A stretch of DNA of 64,000 nucleotides from Candidatus Latescibacterota bacterium (GCA_965205975.1 OZ242195.1:5088001-5152000), one strand, 5' to 3'. Positions 38,995-49,764 are shown, counted from the first letter of the stretch. Made by a program: numbers and translations. Notes: generated from the sequence alone by a model not told the origin.

Positions 38995-39954
38995 CTATCT
39001 CCGCTTGTCACCCTCAACAGGCCCCAGCGTGAAGGTCTCACCGCTTTGCGTGGCTCTGGCTCCTGTCACCAGCCCGCTTACAAAACCAAAGATGCCAAAA
39101 ATTGCGGCGGCCCAGATTGTCGTCTCTTTGACGTCGGCATTGGCCTGCCAGGCGGCAAGTGCCCCGGTTAATGCGCCCATTGCGGCACCTCCAATCCCCT
39201 GTACAATTGCCCGTTCCATCGCCACGGAGCCGCGTTCCCCAAAGAATTGCACTTTGTTAATTTTATCTACCGGAACCTTTTGTACGCTCAATTCCGTCTC
39301 GATCAAAATATTATTATCTTCATAGGCGGGCAAAAATTCGCCTTTGATTTGTTTTTTATCCTTCAGAGTGACCATTCCGGGAAAGCGTGTTTGTACTCGA
39401 AAACGCACCCTGCGTTCTTCAAAAGAGATGGCATCCTCGGTATATTGTGGGTAGGTATCGTCTATTTTGGAGGAGTCTGCAATTGTGTACTCGCCTTTTA
39501 CGATTTCATCAAAATGTTCGATGTATTCTCTCAAGCGGCGCAGATCATTTTCACTTTGCACATTCACCAGCTGTGTTTCAATGCGAGGACCTGATCGATA
39601 CTGAATTTTTACGGCGAGTTTGCCGTTGTCTTGTTTCATAAATTCGGCAAATTGAAAGCCCGCTACGCCCAGATGTAAGATCGAAAGATCTATTTTTTGA
39701 GTATAAATGGTTGCCCCCTGAAACAAAGCGTAGCGATTGCTTTCTTCTAAGTCGATTTGAGGACCCACCCGAGAGCTTAACACGATGCGCGTGCCCGATA
39801 CCTGCCGCACATCGACTATCTCCCAGCCATCATGTCCCAATTGGTAAATCCCGCGCTCGTATTGTGTTTTCTTTTCGCTTTCTGCTGCCCGAACAGGACA
39901 AACCGCAAGCAAAAAGCTCATCGCAGTGATTAATGAAATCGATTTTTTAATCAT
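38995..39954 (-). CDS. Hypothetical exported/membrane protein with a C-terminal glycine zipper
   Basis: Signal peptide; GIGGAAMGALTGALAA and a second TM segment. Confidence 0.7.
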   Translation of the reverse strand: MIKKSISLITAMSFLLAVCPVRAAESEKKTQYERGIYQLGHDGWEIVDVRQVSGTRIVLSSRVGPQIDLEESNRYALFQGATIYTQKIDLSILHLGVAGFQFAEFMKQDNGKLAVKIQYRSGPRIETQLVNVQSENDLRRLREYIEHFDEIVKGEYTIADSSKIDDTYPQYTEDAISFEERRVRFRVQTRFPGMVTLKDKKQIKGEFLPAYEDNNILIETELSVQKVPVDKINKVQFFGERGSVAMERAIVQGIGGAAMGALTGALAAWQANADVKETTIWAAAIFGIFGFVSGLVTGARATQSGETFTLGPVEGDKRR

Positions 39955-39965
39955 GAAATTCTCCT

Positions 39966-40586
39966 CTATTCGCCACAAATTGCCTCGGAAATGCCGTCTA
40001 AAATATACGGGCGATACTTGCTAAACCTCAGACGGGGATGAAACCATGTGCCTTCGGGATCTGCTGTGCCGGGGATCGAGACCATGCTGGTCAGATCAAT
40101 TCTGGACAATGTCGCCTCTCCCAAAAACCATTCTGCAATTTGTCTGGCTGTGCGATTTGGCCGACCATTTTCGATGGGAATTTCCCTGTCCATAGGAAAA
40201 AATAGCGCGCCATCTCTCAACGCAGATACATCGTTTTGATATGTCTGTGCGGCTTCGGTTATTTGACCGGGTTCCGGTATGACGACACCTGTTACACACG
40301 CAATGTCCTCTTTGGACACCACGTCGCTAAATAGCGTGCGAATGCGATTTTGCAGCCCGCCATAGTCATTTAAAAGATGTGATGACCGGGGGTTCACGCC
40401 AGCTTGAAGAAGGCCCAGTGTATTGTAGCGCGAACACTCGGATACAAAATCGTCTTCGTTGTCAAACAGTCCCACGCCAATCAGATTTTCGTCATCCATC
40501 ACATTGAGTTGCGTGAGGCCCAAATCTGGTTTGTGCTGAAGCAAATCGTAAAAACGTCGCACATCCCGTTCGTGAAAACGCTTCAT
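39966..40586 (-). CDS. Hypothetical protein, translationally coupled to argH
   Basis: 206 aa with an ATGA overlap; GVNPR and SIPGT motifs. Confidence 0.7.
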   Translation of the reverse strand: MKRFHERDVRRFYDLLQHKPDLGLTQLNVMDDENLIGVGLFDNEDDFVSECSRYNTLGLLQAGVNPRSSHLLNDYGGLQNRIRTLFSDVVSKEDIACVTGVVIPEPGQITEAAQTYQNDVSALRDGALFFPMDREIPIENGRPNRTARQIAEWFLGEATLSRIDLTSMVSIPGTADPEGTWFHPRLRFSKYRPYILDGISEAICGE

Positions 40587-41992
40587 CCAGACGCCTCTCC
40601 ATCGGTCAGCAAACGCCGTCCTGCTTCGATCTGTCTCAAAACAGAGTCGCGTCCTGTTCCGCCATCCAGATTGCGCTGTGCTGTACTGGCTTCTGCGGAC
40701 AAAATTTCTTGTACATCGGTGTCGAATACCTCAGATGCAGCGCGCAATGTCGGCAGGTCCAATTCTTCCAATTTTTGTCCGCGCGCCAGAGCGGTTTTTA
40801 CCAGTTCGCCAACGATGCGGTGACACCGGCGAAACGGTACGCCTTTTCGCGCCAGATAGTCGGCCAGATCGGTGGCTAAGATGGTGCCGTCTATGGCATT
40901 GGCCATCCGCTCGCCTTTAATTTTCATGGTCTGCCATACACCTGCAAAGACCGATAGGGACATCTGCACGGTTTCTGCGGTGTCAAAGACGGGTTCTTTG
41001 TCTTCTTGCATATCTTTGGCATAAGCCAGCGATACGCCCTTCATCACGGTGAGCAGAGACATCAGATTGCCGTACACGCGTCCTGTTTTGCCGCGTACCA
41101 GTTCCAGTGAATCGGGGTTCTTTTTTTGCGGCATCATGCTCGATCCGGTGCTGAAGGCGTCGTCCAGTTCGACAAACCCAAATTCAGAAGACGACCAGAT
41201 AATCAGGTCTTCGCAGAATCGGCTCAAGTGTGCCATCAAGATGGATGATGCCGATAAGTATTCGAGGAAATAATCGCGATCACTGACTGCATCGATGCTG
41301 TTTTCAGTGATGCGATCAAACCCCAGTTCCTCGCGCAAAAATTCTCGGTCAATCGGATACGCACTTCCCGCCAGTGCGCCCGATCCGAGGGGCATGGCAT
41401 TTGCGCGTTTCCAGCAGTCTTCAAATCGCGAGCGGTCGCGCGCCAACATCCAGAACAGGGCCATGGCATAATGCGAGAATCGGATCGGTTGTGCCTGTTG
41501 GACGTGCGTGTATCCCGGCATCAGGGTATCGAGGTGTGTTTCGGCAACGTCTAATATTACGCCCATTAACTGCTCGATTTGCGCGAGGGTGTTGGCGATT
41601 GTTTCGCGCAAGAACAGGCGTTCGTCCAGGGCGACTTGATCGTTGCGGCTGCGTCCCGTGTGGATTTTTGCGCCGGCATCGCCGATCAGTTCCGTCAAGC
41701 GCTTTTCCACTGCCGTGTGTATGTCTTCCAGATCATCCGTCAATGGCAAGGTGCCTGCGTCGAGTTCACGCTCCACGCGATTTAGACCTTTGAGGACCTG
41801 TTCCAGTTCCTGTTTTGTTAAGATACCCATTCGGGCCAATGCGCGGGCTTGCGCTCGGCTGCCTTCAATATCCATTTTGTACAGACGCCGATCAAAACCA
41901 ATGGATGCATTGAACTTTTCCATTAGTTTTTCAGTCGATCCCGCAAATCGCCCTCCCCAGAGCTTTTCGGATGATTTCGATGATTTATTCAT
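40583..41992 (-). CDS. argH: Argininosuccinate lyase
   Basis: KLWGGRF, HTGRSRNDQV, TGSSMMPQKKNPD. Confidence 0.97.
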   Translation of the reverse strand: MNKSSKSSEKLWGGRFAGSTEKLMEKFNASIGFDRRLYKMDIEGSRAQARALARMGILTKQELEQVLKGLNRVERELDAGTLPLTDDLEDIHTAVEKRLTELIGDAGAKIHTGRSRNDQVALDERLFLRETIANTLAQIEQLMGVILDVAETHLDTLMPGYTHVQQAQPIRFSHYAMALFWMLARDRSRFEDCWKRANAMPLGSGALAGSAYPIDREFLREELGFDRITENSIDAVSDRDYFLEYLSASSILMAHLSRFCEDLIIWSSSEFGFVELDDAFSTGSSMMPQKKNPDSLELVRGKTGRVYGNLMSLLTVMKGVSLAYAKDMQEDKEPVFDTAETVQMSLSVFAGVWQTMKIKGERMANAIDGTILATDLADYLARKGVPFRRCHRIVGELVKTALARGQKLEELDLPTLRAASEVFDTDVQEILSAEASTAQRNLDGGTGRDSVLRQIEAGRRLLTDGEASG

Positions 41993-42002
41993 AGTATTGT
42001 AC

Positions 42003-43241
42003 CTACAAAGCACTTTGTCCCGATGCGTGTTGGGCTTTTGCGCCGACGCCGAGTACGTTTAGGAAGCCTTCGGAATCGCGATGGTCGTAGTCGCCCACGT
42101 CTTCCATTGAGGCGGTTTCTTCGGAATAGAGAGAGTTCGGCACATTTTCCGATGACTGAAATAGTACCGTGCCTTTGTATGCGGCGACTGTGATTGTGCC
42201 CGTCAATAATTTTGCCACGGGTGCGAGCGCGCCCTGCATCATTTGAGTGGATAGATCGCAGTAATATCCCTGGTAGATTTGTTCGGCGAGGGATGAAGAA
42301 ATCGAATCGTAGAATTTTCGCGCGCGTCTGTCCAGAACTTGTTGGAGCAAGAACTCGTAACACGTGCCGAGCAGGCAAAGCCCCGGGCTTTCATATACGC
42401 CGCGCGATTTGATGCCGACAAAGCGGTTTTCCACGGTGTGAATCCCAATGCCTACGCCGTTTCGCCCGCCTATTTCATTGGCTTTCAGGATTGCGATTAC
42501 AGAATCGGTATCCGTACCATTGATTTGCACCGGGCGGCCCGCGTCTATTCTGACGGTAAATGATTCGGGCTTATCCGGTGCTTGCGTGGGAAATACGCCC
42601 ATGCCCGGTTCGATAAAATCGGCTGCGACATCGAGGTATTCGAGTTTGCCGGCTTCGTGTGTTAAGCCCAAAAAGTTGGCGTCGGTAGAATACGGTTTGT
42701 CATACGTGGCCGTAATTGGCAAATTGTGTGCATTGCAAAAGTCGATCATTTCTTTGCGCCCGCCAAATATGTCGAGAAATGCGGGGTCTCGCCAGGGGGC
42801 ATATACGGTTACGCTGGGTTTGAGCATGTTGGCAACGAGTTGAAATCGCACCTGATCGTTGCCGCGTCCGGTTGCGCCGTGCGCGAGTACGTCGATATCG
42901 CGTCGGTCCATTTCCTCCAATAATCCCCGCGTGGTGACATATCGCGCGATGCCGGTTGTATTCCAATATCCGCCTTCGTAACGCGCTTGTCCAATCAGCA
43001 TTGCAATACCCGCTTCTGCCAGATCGGTTTTTAGATCGATCAGCACGGCTTCACTTGCGCCACAGGCGAGCATGCGTTTGGATATGTCATCGATGTTCAC
43101 TTCATCGGGTTGTCCAATATCGGCGGTTAAACTCACCACGTTCACGCCGCGATCAGCCAGCCATTTTGTCACGGTGCAACTGTCCAATCCTCCCGATGAT
43201 GCAAGTGCTACTGTTTTTCCGCGCAGTTCATTAAGCGTCAT
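42003..43241 (-). CDS. argG: Argininosuccinate synthase
   Basis: SGGLDS, HGATGRGNDQVRF, ENRFVGIKSRGVYESPG. Confidence 0.95.
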   Translation of the reverse strand: MTLNELRGKTVALASSGGLDSCTVTKWLADRGVNVVSLTADIGQPDEVNIDDISKRMLACGASEAVLIDLKTDLAEAGIAMLIGQARYEGGYWNTTGIARYVTTRGLLEEMDRRDIDVLAHGATGRGNDQVRFQLVANMLKPSVTVYAPWRDPAFLDIFGGRKEMIDFCNAHNLPITATYDKPYSTDANFLGLTHEAGKLEYLDVAADFIEPGMGVFPTQAPDKPESFTVRIDAGRPVQINGTDTDSVIAILKANEIGGRNGVGIGIHTVENRFVGIKSRGVYESPGLCLLGTCYEFLLQQVLDRRARKFYDSISSSLAEQIYQGYYCDLSTQMMQGALAPVAKLLTGTITVAAYKGTVLFQSSENVPNSLYSEETASMEDVGDYDHRDSEGFLNVLGVGAKAQHASGQSAL

Positions 43242-43254
43242 GGTTTTTTCCTTT

Positions 43255-44109
43255 TCAGGTCTCGTCTAAAGCAAAACCCACACTGGTCAACATATCTATC
43301 ACATTTTCGCGTGCGTGTCGGATGCGAATATCGATTTCTTCAGCGGTAAAATCGCCACCTGTGCCGTTTACGCGCTCGATGACCACTGGACCATTAAAGC
43401 CCGCTTCGAAGGCCGTGGCAAAGATGCGTTCAAAATCCACATCTCCTTCGCCTGGAATGGGGAAGTTGTTTTCTGCTTTGGGACCAATGTGGTCTTTGGC
43501 GATTATTTTATACGTCTGGTCCGCTATATGGGGAAAATCGTCTTCGGGAGATATGCCTTCGTAATAATGGACATTTCCTGGGTCGTAACAGGCCCGCACC
43601 GAGGGCCGATCAATTTCGGGCAATAAGCGGGCCAGATGTTTTGCGGTCGCGGTATTGCCCGTATGCGGTTTGGGGGCGAGGATAATGTCTCGTTCCTGCG
43701 CATAGGTGCCCGCTTCTTTCATGTCTGCGATATATGCTTCGTGGGCAGCACGAAAGACTTCGGGCGCGAGTGGTTCATCGGGGAATCGCCGATACCCGCC
43801 CGCACCTGCCATCTGAATTGTTTCGGCATTAAGTGCCCGGCACACATCAATTCTGCGCATAAGATACCGCGCGTTATCTCTTGCTGGGGTGGATCCAAGG
43901 CCAATTACGACGGGGGTTAAACCCGCTTGCTCGCACAGGGTTTTTGTGCGATGTACGAGCGGACCATCGGGATCAAAACCGAGCGTGTCTTCGCCTTCGT
44001 GCGACCAGCCCAAACCTACGTAGGAATATCCCGAGCGGGCAACACCTTCAATTCCTCGTTCGAGAGGATAGTTTGCATAGGGCAGTGTGAGACAGACGAG
44101 TTTGATCAA
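43255..44109 (-). CDS. Sugar phosphate isomerase/epimerase (xylose isomerase-like TIM barrel)
   Basis: YDPGN, AKD, PGEGDVDF, GPVVIE. Confidence 0.8.
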   Translation of the reverse strand: MIKLVCLTLPYANYPLERGIEGVARSGYSYVGLGWSHEGEDTLGFDPDGPLVHRTKTLCEQAGLTPVVIGLGSTPARDNARYLMRRIDVCRALNAETIQMAGAGGYRRFPDEPLAPEVFRAAHEAYIADMKEAGTYAQERDIILAPKPHTGNTATAKHLARLLPEIDRPSVRACYDPGNVHYYEGISPEDDFPHIADQTYKIIAKDHIGPKAENNFPIPGEGDVDFERIFATAFEAGFNGPVVIERVNGTGGDFTAEEIDIRIRHARENVIDMLTSVGFALDET

Positions 44110-44127
44110 AAGAGGTCTCCACAGGTG

Positions 44128-44670
44128 TTAGTCGGTTTTCCGCGTGACAAATAGCGCGAGAAATCCAGGTAAAAAGGCAATGGTCCAGGAAAGCAACTTA
44201 TAGACATAATGCGGCCCGCCGAGCGCGTGACGGGTCCAGATGCCCAAAATCAAGAAGGCGAGACCAGAAGCCGCGGCGGCCAGGATACCCCGGAGCAATG
44301 TGCGTTTCAGGCTTTCGGAGATGGTGTTCACCCACCAGTGGAGCAGGGCTGCGAGTATCCACAGTTCCATCCACGAGACGACTATTGCATTAGCGCGAAT
44401 GAACGGGCGCAAGAGGTAATATCCACCGGCGGATAATATGCCAATGGCGAGGCCACCGAGTGTACCCAGCAGGATCGTTTGTGTCGTTTTGCCGCCATAG
44501 CCGAGGACAGCACCCAAACAGAGACACAACAATGCGCCGTGAAGGATGCCGGCAAACATGCGGTGTTTGATCCCGTGGTGCGCCCACAAGAAATCGCCCA
44601 GTGTGCTGAGTGCGGCGAGTATGATCGCGGCGACGAGTGCGCGTAATATTCCGTTGTATTGAACAGCCAT
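44128..44670 (-). CDS. Hypothetical multi-TM membrane protein
   Basis: About 6 TM segments; AAGGAGG RBS before ATG 44670. Confidence 0.7.
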   Translation of the reverse strand: MAVQYNGILRALVAAIILAALSTLGDFLWAHHGIKHRMFAGILHGALLCLCLGAVLGYGGKTTQTILLGTLGGLAIGILSAGGYYLLRPFIRANAIVVSWMELWILAALLHWWVNTISESLKRTLLRGILAAAASGLAFLILGIWTRHALGGPHYVYKLLSWTIAFLPGFLALFVTRKTD

Positions 44671-44730
44671 GTGCTCCTCCTTAGAAGTTGTTTTAAAATT
44701 AATAACTGGTGTTAGGCATATCAGGCGTTT

Positions 44731-44851
44731 TGTCATGCTGAGCGTAGCCGAAGCATCTTTTCCACCTGCGTCAGTAGCAGATGAACTGCCCTGAGATGCG
44801 GGCAGTTGTACCCCGTTCCTTCGACTCCGCTGCGCTCCGCTCAGAATGACA
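44731..44851. repeat. GTCAT-GCTGAGCG-type REP doublet
   Basis: TGTCATGCTGAGCGTAGCCGAAGCATCT ... CCTTCGACTCCGCTGCGCTCCGCTCAGAATGACA. Confidence 0.65.
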
Positions 44852-44908
44852 GGGCAATAGCGCATCGCCGAGAAGGGGCAAAATGAGTTTTAAAACAGTC
44901 TCTTAGAT

Positions 44909-46300
44909 TTATTCCCGATACACGGGGTTGGGCGTGGGTATCACAGCGCCGGTGTCTGTCAAGAATTGGTCGATAAGGTCATTCAATTCAGATACGCGAT
45001 CGGGGTATTCATCCGCCAGATTATTTGTTTCGCCAATGTCTTCCGATAGGTTGTAAAGTTCTACGCGGTCAGTCTGGTCGTCGTTGTCGCAATAGAATCG
45101 GATGAGTTTCCAATCGCCTTTGCGAACATAAGTCGATGGCAGGCCATCTGCTGCCGGCGTATAGTGCGGAAAGTGGCAGAAAATGGTGTCCCGCGCAAGG
45201 GGTTCGCCGCGAAGCGCGGGGGCAAAACTGATGCCGTCAACCGATGCAGGTGCTTCGAGGCCGCAGAGTTCGGTCAGTGTGGGAAAGAAATCGATGCTTT
45301 GTACGATTGCCTGATCGTTGCGGCTGCCCGCTTCTATATGACCGGGCCACGCGACAATCAGGGGTTCGCGGGTGCCGCCTTCATAGATATTTGCCTTTCC
45401 GCCTCTCAGGGGCGCGTTGCTCGTGATGGGTACATCGATATAATCGGGATGGACATTGTCTGTCGCGCTCCAGTGTACTCCGCCATTGTCCGAAAAGAAG
45501 ATTACGATGGTATTGTCTAAAATTCCCTCTTCTTCAAGTGTTCCCATTAATTGTCCTACTGCATCATCCATTGTCTCAACCATGGCTGCGTAAACGGGAT
45601 TGTGCTGGGGATATTCGAGATCGACTTCTTGCGCGTATTTTTCTATTACATCCTGTTTGGCGTGCCAGGGAGAATGTACGGAAAATTGCCAGAAATGGAG
45701 ATAAAAAGGTGTGTCTTTGTTTTCGCGAATAAATTCAATGGCTTCCAGTGCCATGCGGTCTTCCAGGTGCTCGCCGGGTTCGCCTTTGTTGGGATAGACT
45801 TTCCACGGCGCAAACCAGCCGTCGGCCAATGGGCTGGGGGCAGGTGTGTGCGGGATGTCGATGTCGAATCCGTGTTCAAACGGGCTATAAGGCTCTGCGC
45901 CCAGGTGCCATTTCCCAATGTGCGCGGTTTTGTATCCGGCATCGCGAAATACCGATGATAGGGTCTGGTATTCCGTGCTCAAGCGGGTGACGCTTTGTGC
46001 GATCAGAGCTTTGTTATGCGGCGGACCTTTTTCGCTTAAAGAGGATTCGAGTACAATGCGGTCCAGATGGCATCCCGGCGTTGTAATGCCAACGCGCGCG
46101 GGCCACAATCCCGTTATGATGCTCGCGCGAGTAGGGGAACACAGTGGGTTGGCGGCGTACGCATTGGTAAACATCATGCCGCGCTCGGCAAGGGCGTCGA
46201 TATTTGGAGTTTTGCAAAATGCGCTGCCGTATAACGACGTATCGCGCCAACCCAGGTCGTCTGCAAGAATGAATAATACATTTGGTTTGTTTTTTTCCAT
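44909..46300 (-). CDS. Arylsulfatase-family sulfatase (Cys-type)
   Basis: ADDLGW, CSPTRASIITG, GKWHLG, SDNGG. Confidence 0.95.
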   Translation of the reverse strand: MEKNKPNVLFILADDLGWRDTSLYGSAFCKTPNIDALAERGMMFTNAYAANPLCSPTRASIITGLWPARVGITTPGCHLDRIVLESSLSEKGPPHNKALIAQSVTRLSTEYQTLSSVFRDAGYKTAHIGKWHLGAEPYSPFEHGFDIDIPHTPAPSPLADGWFAPWKVYPNKGEPGEHLEDRMALEAIEFIRENKDTPFYLHFWQFSVHSPWHAKQDVIEKYAQEVDLEYPQHNPVYAAMVETMDDAVGQLMGTLEEEGILDNTIVIFFSDNGGVHWSATDNVHPDYIDVPITSNAPLRGGKANIYEGGTREPLIVAWPGHIEAGSRNDQAIVQSIDFFPTLTELCGLEAPASVDGISFAPALRGEPLARDTIFCHFPHYTPAADGLPSTYVRKGDWKLIRFYCDNDDQTDRVELYNLSEDIGETNNLADEYPDRVSELNDLIDQFLTDTGAVIPTPNPVYRE

Positions 46301-46314
46301 GAGACTCCTCTATT

Positions 46315-47460
46315 TCAGACTTTATCAATTCCCTCTTGGGTTTCGGCAATTAGGAGATCGACGACGGCGCGCAATGCCTCTATTTCAGTGGCATCCTCCA
46401 GGCGGCGGATGCGAAAGTGGTCAACCTGTCGGTCCGCACTGCTGCCGTCGCGGATGATTTCGGATATGCGGTGTAGTTCGTCTTCGCAGCCGAGTGCGCG
46501 GGCGTCTTCGTCTAACTGTTCAATTAGTCCGCGTGCGTAGTCGTCGATGTCCATGCGCCCGCCGTCGTGCGTATCCCCCAGAAACGCAAATACTCCGTAT
46601 CGCTGTGCAAGCCAGCGATTCTCGGCGATGATTTCGGTGCGCGGCTCGGAGGGCAGGGTGTCCGCTCGCGCCTGTCGCAGCAGCATGCGGATGAGGGATG
46701 CGTAGAGCGCGACAATGCATACTGCGTCTTCAACGCGCGAACAGGTGTCGCAGATGCGTATTTCTACTGTTGGATAAGCGTTGCCAGGACGGATGTCCCA
46801 CCACAATTCGCCGCCGTCTCCGATGAAGTTCAGGCGCTGGTAGTCTTCTACGAGTTGTTCGTATTCAACTTGAGAGTACAGGGGACCGGGAAGGCCTGTG
46901 CGCGGGAGGGCACTGAAGATGTTCAGGCGATAGGACTTGAAACCGGTGAGGTTTCCGCCGCTGAATGGCGACGAGGTGGATAGCGCGTGGAGCAGGGGTA
47001 GGTACCGGCGAAGTGCGGTCATGACGCGAATGCGTTCATCCGGGTTCCCGAAGCTGGCGTGGATGTGCATGCCCCCGATGAGCAACCGCCGCACGGATTC
47101 CTGGTACGTGACTGCAAATTCCTCGTAACGCTTTTGTGGTGTGGGCGTCTGTGCTGACCACGATGCGAAGGGATGGGTGGAGGCAGCTATCACTGCGGCA
47201 CCGTACTGTGAAGCGCCCTCAATGACTATCTGGCGGGTCTCCATCAGTGCTGTGCGGACTTCGGCTATTGATGTGCAGACGCGGGTGTTGGCCTCTATTT
47301 GGGAGCGCAGAAATTCCGTTACTACTTTGTGCGGACCGCTGTTCTTTTCGCATGCGGCGAGGATGCCCGGGTCGGGGTCAGCAACGAGGTCGCGGGTGTT
47401 GGGGTCAACGAGAAAGAATTCTTCTTCAACGCCGAGGGTGATTTTGAGGTCTTTATCCAT
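46315..47460 (-). CDS. Carboxylate-amine ligase (YbdK/GCS2)
   Basis: TLGVEEEFFLVD, GMHIH, SSPF, WWDIRP..PTVEIRICD. Confidence 0.92.
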   Translation of the reverse strand: MDKDLKITLGVEEEFFLVDPNTRDLVADPDPGILAACEKNSGPHKVVTEFLRSQIEANTRVCTSIAEVRTALMETRQIVIEGASQYGAAVIAASTHPFASWSAQTPTPQKRYEEFAVTYQESVRRLLIGGMHIHASFGNPDERIRVMTALRRYLPLLHALSTSSPFSGGNLTGFKSYRLNIFSALPRTGLPGPLYSQVEYEQLVEDYQRLNFIGDGGELWWDIRPGNAYPTVEIRICDTCSRVEDAVCIVALYASLIRMLLRQARADTLPSEPRTEIIAENRWLAQRYGVFAFLGDTHDGGRMDIDDYARGLIEQLDEDARALGCEDELHRISEIIRDGSSADRQVDHFRIRRLEDATEIEALRAVVDLLIAETQEGIDKV

Positions 47461-47470
47461 ATTGGGCCTT

Positions 47471-48166
47471 TTATGCGATTGCTTCGGCCAATTCTGTAAA
47501 ATCGGCAACTGTTATATCTGCGCGATACGGGGAGTCTTCGTAGGGTAAGTTATAACGGTTCACGTACGCACCTCGCATACCGCAGGCGCGGGCGCCTACC
47601 ACGTCAAACGAGTTGGCCGATACCATCATGCATTCGCCCACTTCCAGTCCGAGGATTTGCGCGGCGCGGCGATATACGGCGGGATGCGGCTTGAATGCGC
47701 CCATTGTCGTTACGGAAATGACGTCGTCAAAATCCCACTGGATCCGGTTTTTCGCCAGGTGATCGAGAAAGGCAGGGTCGCCGTTGGATAGTCCGACGAG
47801 TTTATAACGCGCAGCCAATTTTTCCAGTCCCGCTCTGACTTCGGAAAAGGGGGATAATTTCTGCCAGCAGGCAAGGAATGTCTGTACTTCCTCCTTTGAC
47901 ATTTCAATTTTATTCAGGGCGAGTACATATACAAATGCCCGTCGCACGGTTTCCAGGTAGCCTCCGTGTCCGAGCATCATGATTGTGTCCTGAAATTGTT
48001 CCAATCGCTGACGATAACGCCATTGCTGCCAGAACTGTTCCGCTGTGGTGTCGGCTCCTTTTTTGCGAAGCATTTCGTCGATAAATGGCGTTAAACTGCC
48101 ACCCAGATCCAAAATCGTGCCAAATAAGTCAAATGTCAATGCCTGTACTTGTTCTAATTTTTCCAT
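47471..48166 (-). CDS. Haloacid dehalogenase type II
   Basis: FDLFGT, LSNG, FKPHPAVY, FDVVGA. Confidence 0.9.
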   Translation of the reverse strand: MEKLEQVQALTFDLFGTILDLGGSLTPFIDEMLRKKGADTTAEQFWQQWRYRQRLEQFQDTIMMLGHGGYLETVRRAFVYVLALNKIEMSKEEVQTFLACWQKLSPFSEVRAGLEKLAARYKLVGLSNGDPAFLDHLAKNRIQWDFDDVISVTTMGAFKPHPAVYRRAAQILGLEVGECMMVSANSFDVVGARACGMRGAYVNRYNLPYEDSPYRADITVADFTELAEAIA

Positions 48167-48277
48167 TAAAACCTCAGCTTTCTCTATTTTTATTTTTCAA
48201 CACGGACAATCAAGGGTTGATTCGCTATTGCAAATAGTCTATTTTTGGGATAACGCATCGCTTTTAGGATTGGACAC

Positions 48278-48511
48278 ATGCCAACAGTCATCATCAACGG
48301 ATACAAATTTCGTTTCTATTCTTCAGATCGTTTTGAACCGCCACATATGCATGTTATCAGTGCTGAAAAGGTAGCAAAAATTTGGCTACGCCCCGTATCT
48401 GTTGAGTATAATCGGGGATACCATCGCGCAGAATTGAATCAAATTGTGAAGCTTACCCGAGAAAACATAGAACAGTTAGAGGAAGCCTGGGATGCTTACT
48501 TCTCCAGATAA
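48278..48511 (+). CDS. DUF4160 domain protein (putative toxin-antitoxin component)
   Basis: MPTV..GYKFRFYSSD..EPPHMHV..AKIWL. Confidence 0.88.
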   Translation: MPTVIINGYKFRFYSSDRFEPPHMHVISAEKVAKIWLRPVSVEYNRGYHRAELNQIVKLTRENIEQLEEAWDAYFSR

Positions 48512-48752
48512 AAAGACAGTTATTGCAACAAGCGTCCGTTTTGATGATGGTCTTCTATATGTCGCATTAAGCGATGGACGCGAAATAAGTCTGCGGTTGG
48601 ACAATATTCATTGGCTGGACTGGTTATACAGGGCAACCGATGAACAACGTGCCAACTGGTCAATAGAACCGGGCGGTTTTGCTATTTATTGGGAAGACTT
48701 AGATGATGGTATCGAACTTTGCCATCTCTTGAGTCTTGAATCCCTTTTTTGA
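48492..48752 (+). CDS. DUF2442 domain protein (putative toxin-antitoxin partner)
   Basis: LSDGREI..AT.EQRANW..G.AIYWEDLDDGI. Confidence 0.88.
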   Translation: MLTSPDKKTVIATSVRFDDGLLYVALSDGREISLRLDNIHWLDWLYRATDEQRANWSIEPGGFAIYWEDLDDGIELCHLLSLESLF

Positions 48753-48753
48753 G

Positions 48754-49764
48754 CTATTCGACAGAGCCTACCGGTATTTCCACTCTGCGACCTGTGCGAG
48801 CAGATTCATGGGCGGCGAGGGAAATCGCAATGGTGCGTCTGCCGTCGTGGCCGCTGGACTGCGGTTGTTCACCTGTTCGGATACAGTTTAAAAAATAGGT
48901 CATTTCTTCCAGCAATCCGTTGTTCCACTCATAAGTCAGGTGTTCGGGTTTTTCTCCCACCCGGTTGAGGGTGAGTTGCGCGCCTGTGCCACTGGTGATT
49001 TTTACTGAGCCTTCGGTGCCAGCCACGCCCAGTTCATAGCTTCCACCCGGATAAATTCTGCTGCTGCTTAAAGATCCGATTGCGCCTGAACTGAATTCCA
49101 GATTGATAAAGATACTTTCCTCTACGGTGTTATCCGACGCATCGTCGTATCGCATCACAGCCTGAACAGCGCGCACTTCGCCAGCCATCCAGGTGAGTTG
49201 ATCCAGTTCGTGGCTGTGCATTGAAAAAAGCCCGCCGTATCTCTCCCGATCCAATTGCCATCCCGCCACGCCTCCAGGTGCTCCTGTGCCCAATCGCACG
49301 GTATGCGCCATGCGCACCTCGCCAATTTGTCCTTCATCGATCAATTGTTTCATTTCGCGGTAGGCATTTTGAAATCGCCGCACATATCCGATCATTAAAA
49401 AGACACCGGCATGATCAGCCGCTTCAATCATGGCGTCGCAATCTTCAACTGTGAGTGCCATTGGTTTTTCGCAGAAGACATGCGCGCCTGCTGTGGCGGC
49501 ATCAACTGTAATGGGGCTGTGTACAAAATTGGGTGTTACGACGAGTACGGCGTCTGGGGATTGCGCCGATAGCATGGTTCGGTGATCGTCGTAAACCGCT
49601 GGTTGGGACGAGAGTTTGCCGGATAGAGCCTCTGCCGAATCCCGTTCATGATCGCAAACTGCCACCAGTTCTGCGCCTTCTATGCTCTCTACGTTGGCGG
49701 CGTGACGCGATCCCAGTCCTCCGCAGCCGACGAGTCCTATTTTGAGCATTTGATCTGACGCCAT
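48754..49764 (-). CDS. Gfo/Idh/MocA oxidoreductase
   Basis: GCGGLG, HVFCEKPMA, GYVRRF, HELD. Confidence 0.92.
   Translation of the reverse strand: MASDQMLKIGLVGCGGLGSRHAANVESIEGAELVAVCDHERDSAEALSGKLSSQPAVYDDHRTMLSAQSPDAVLVVTPNFVHSPITVDAATAGAHVFCEKPMALTVEDCDAMIEAADHAGVFLMIGYVRRFQNAYREMKQLIDEGQIGEVRMAHTVRLGTGAPGGVAGWQLDRERYGGLFSMHSHELDQLTWMAGEVRAVQAVMRYDDASDNTVEESIFINLEFSSGAIGSLSSSRIYPGGSYELGVAGTEGSVKITSGTGAQLTLNRVGEKPEHLTYEWNNGLLEEMTYFLNCIRTGEQPQSSGHDGRRTIAISLAAHESARTGRRVEIPVGSVE

Noticed and set aside
44671..44865. N-terminal extension of the 245-aa ORF
   Set aside because: It is a translation of the REP doublet; a strong RBS precedes ATG 44670.
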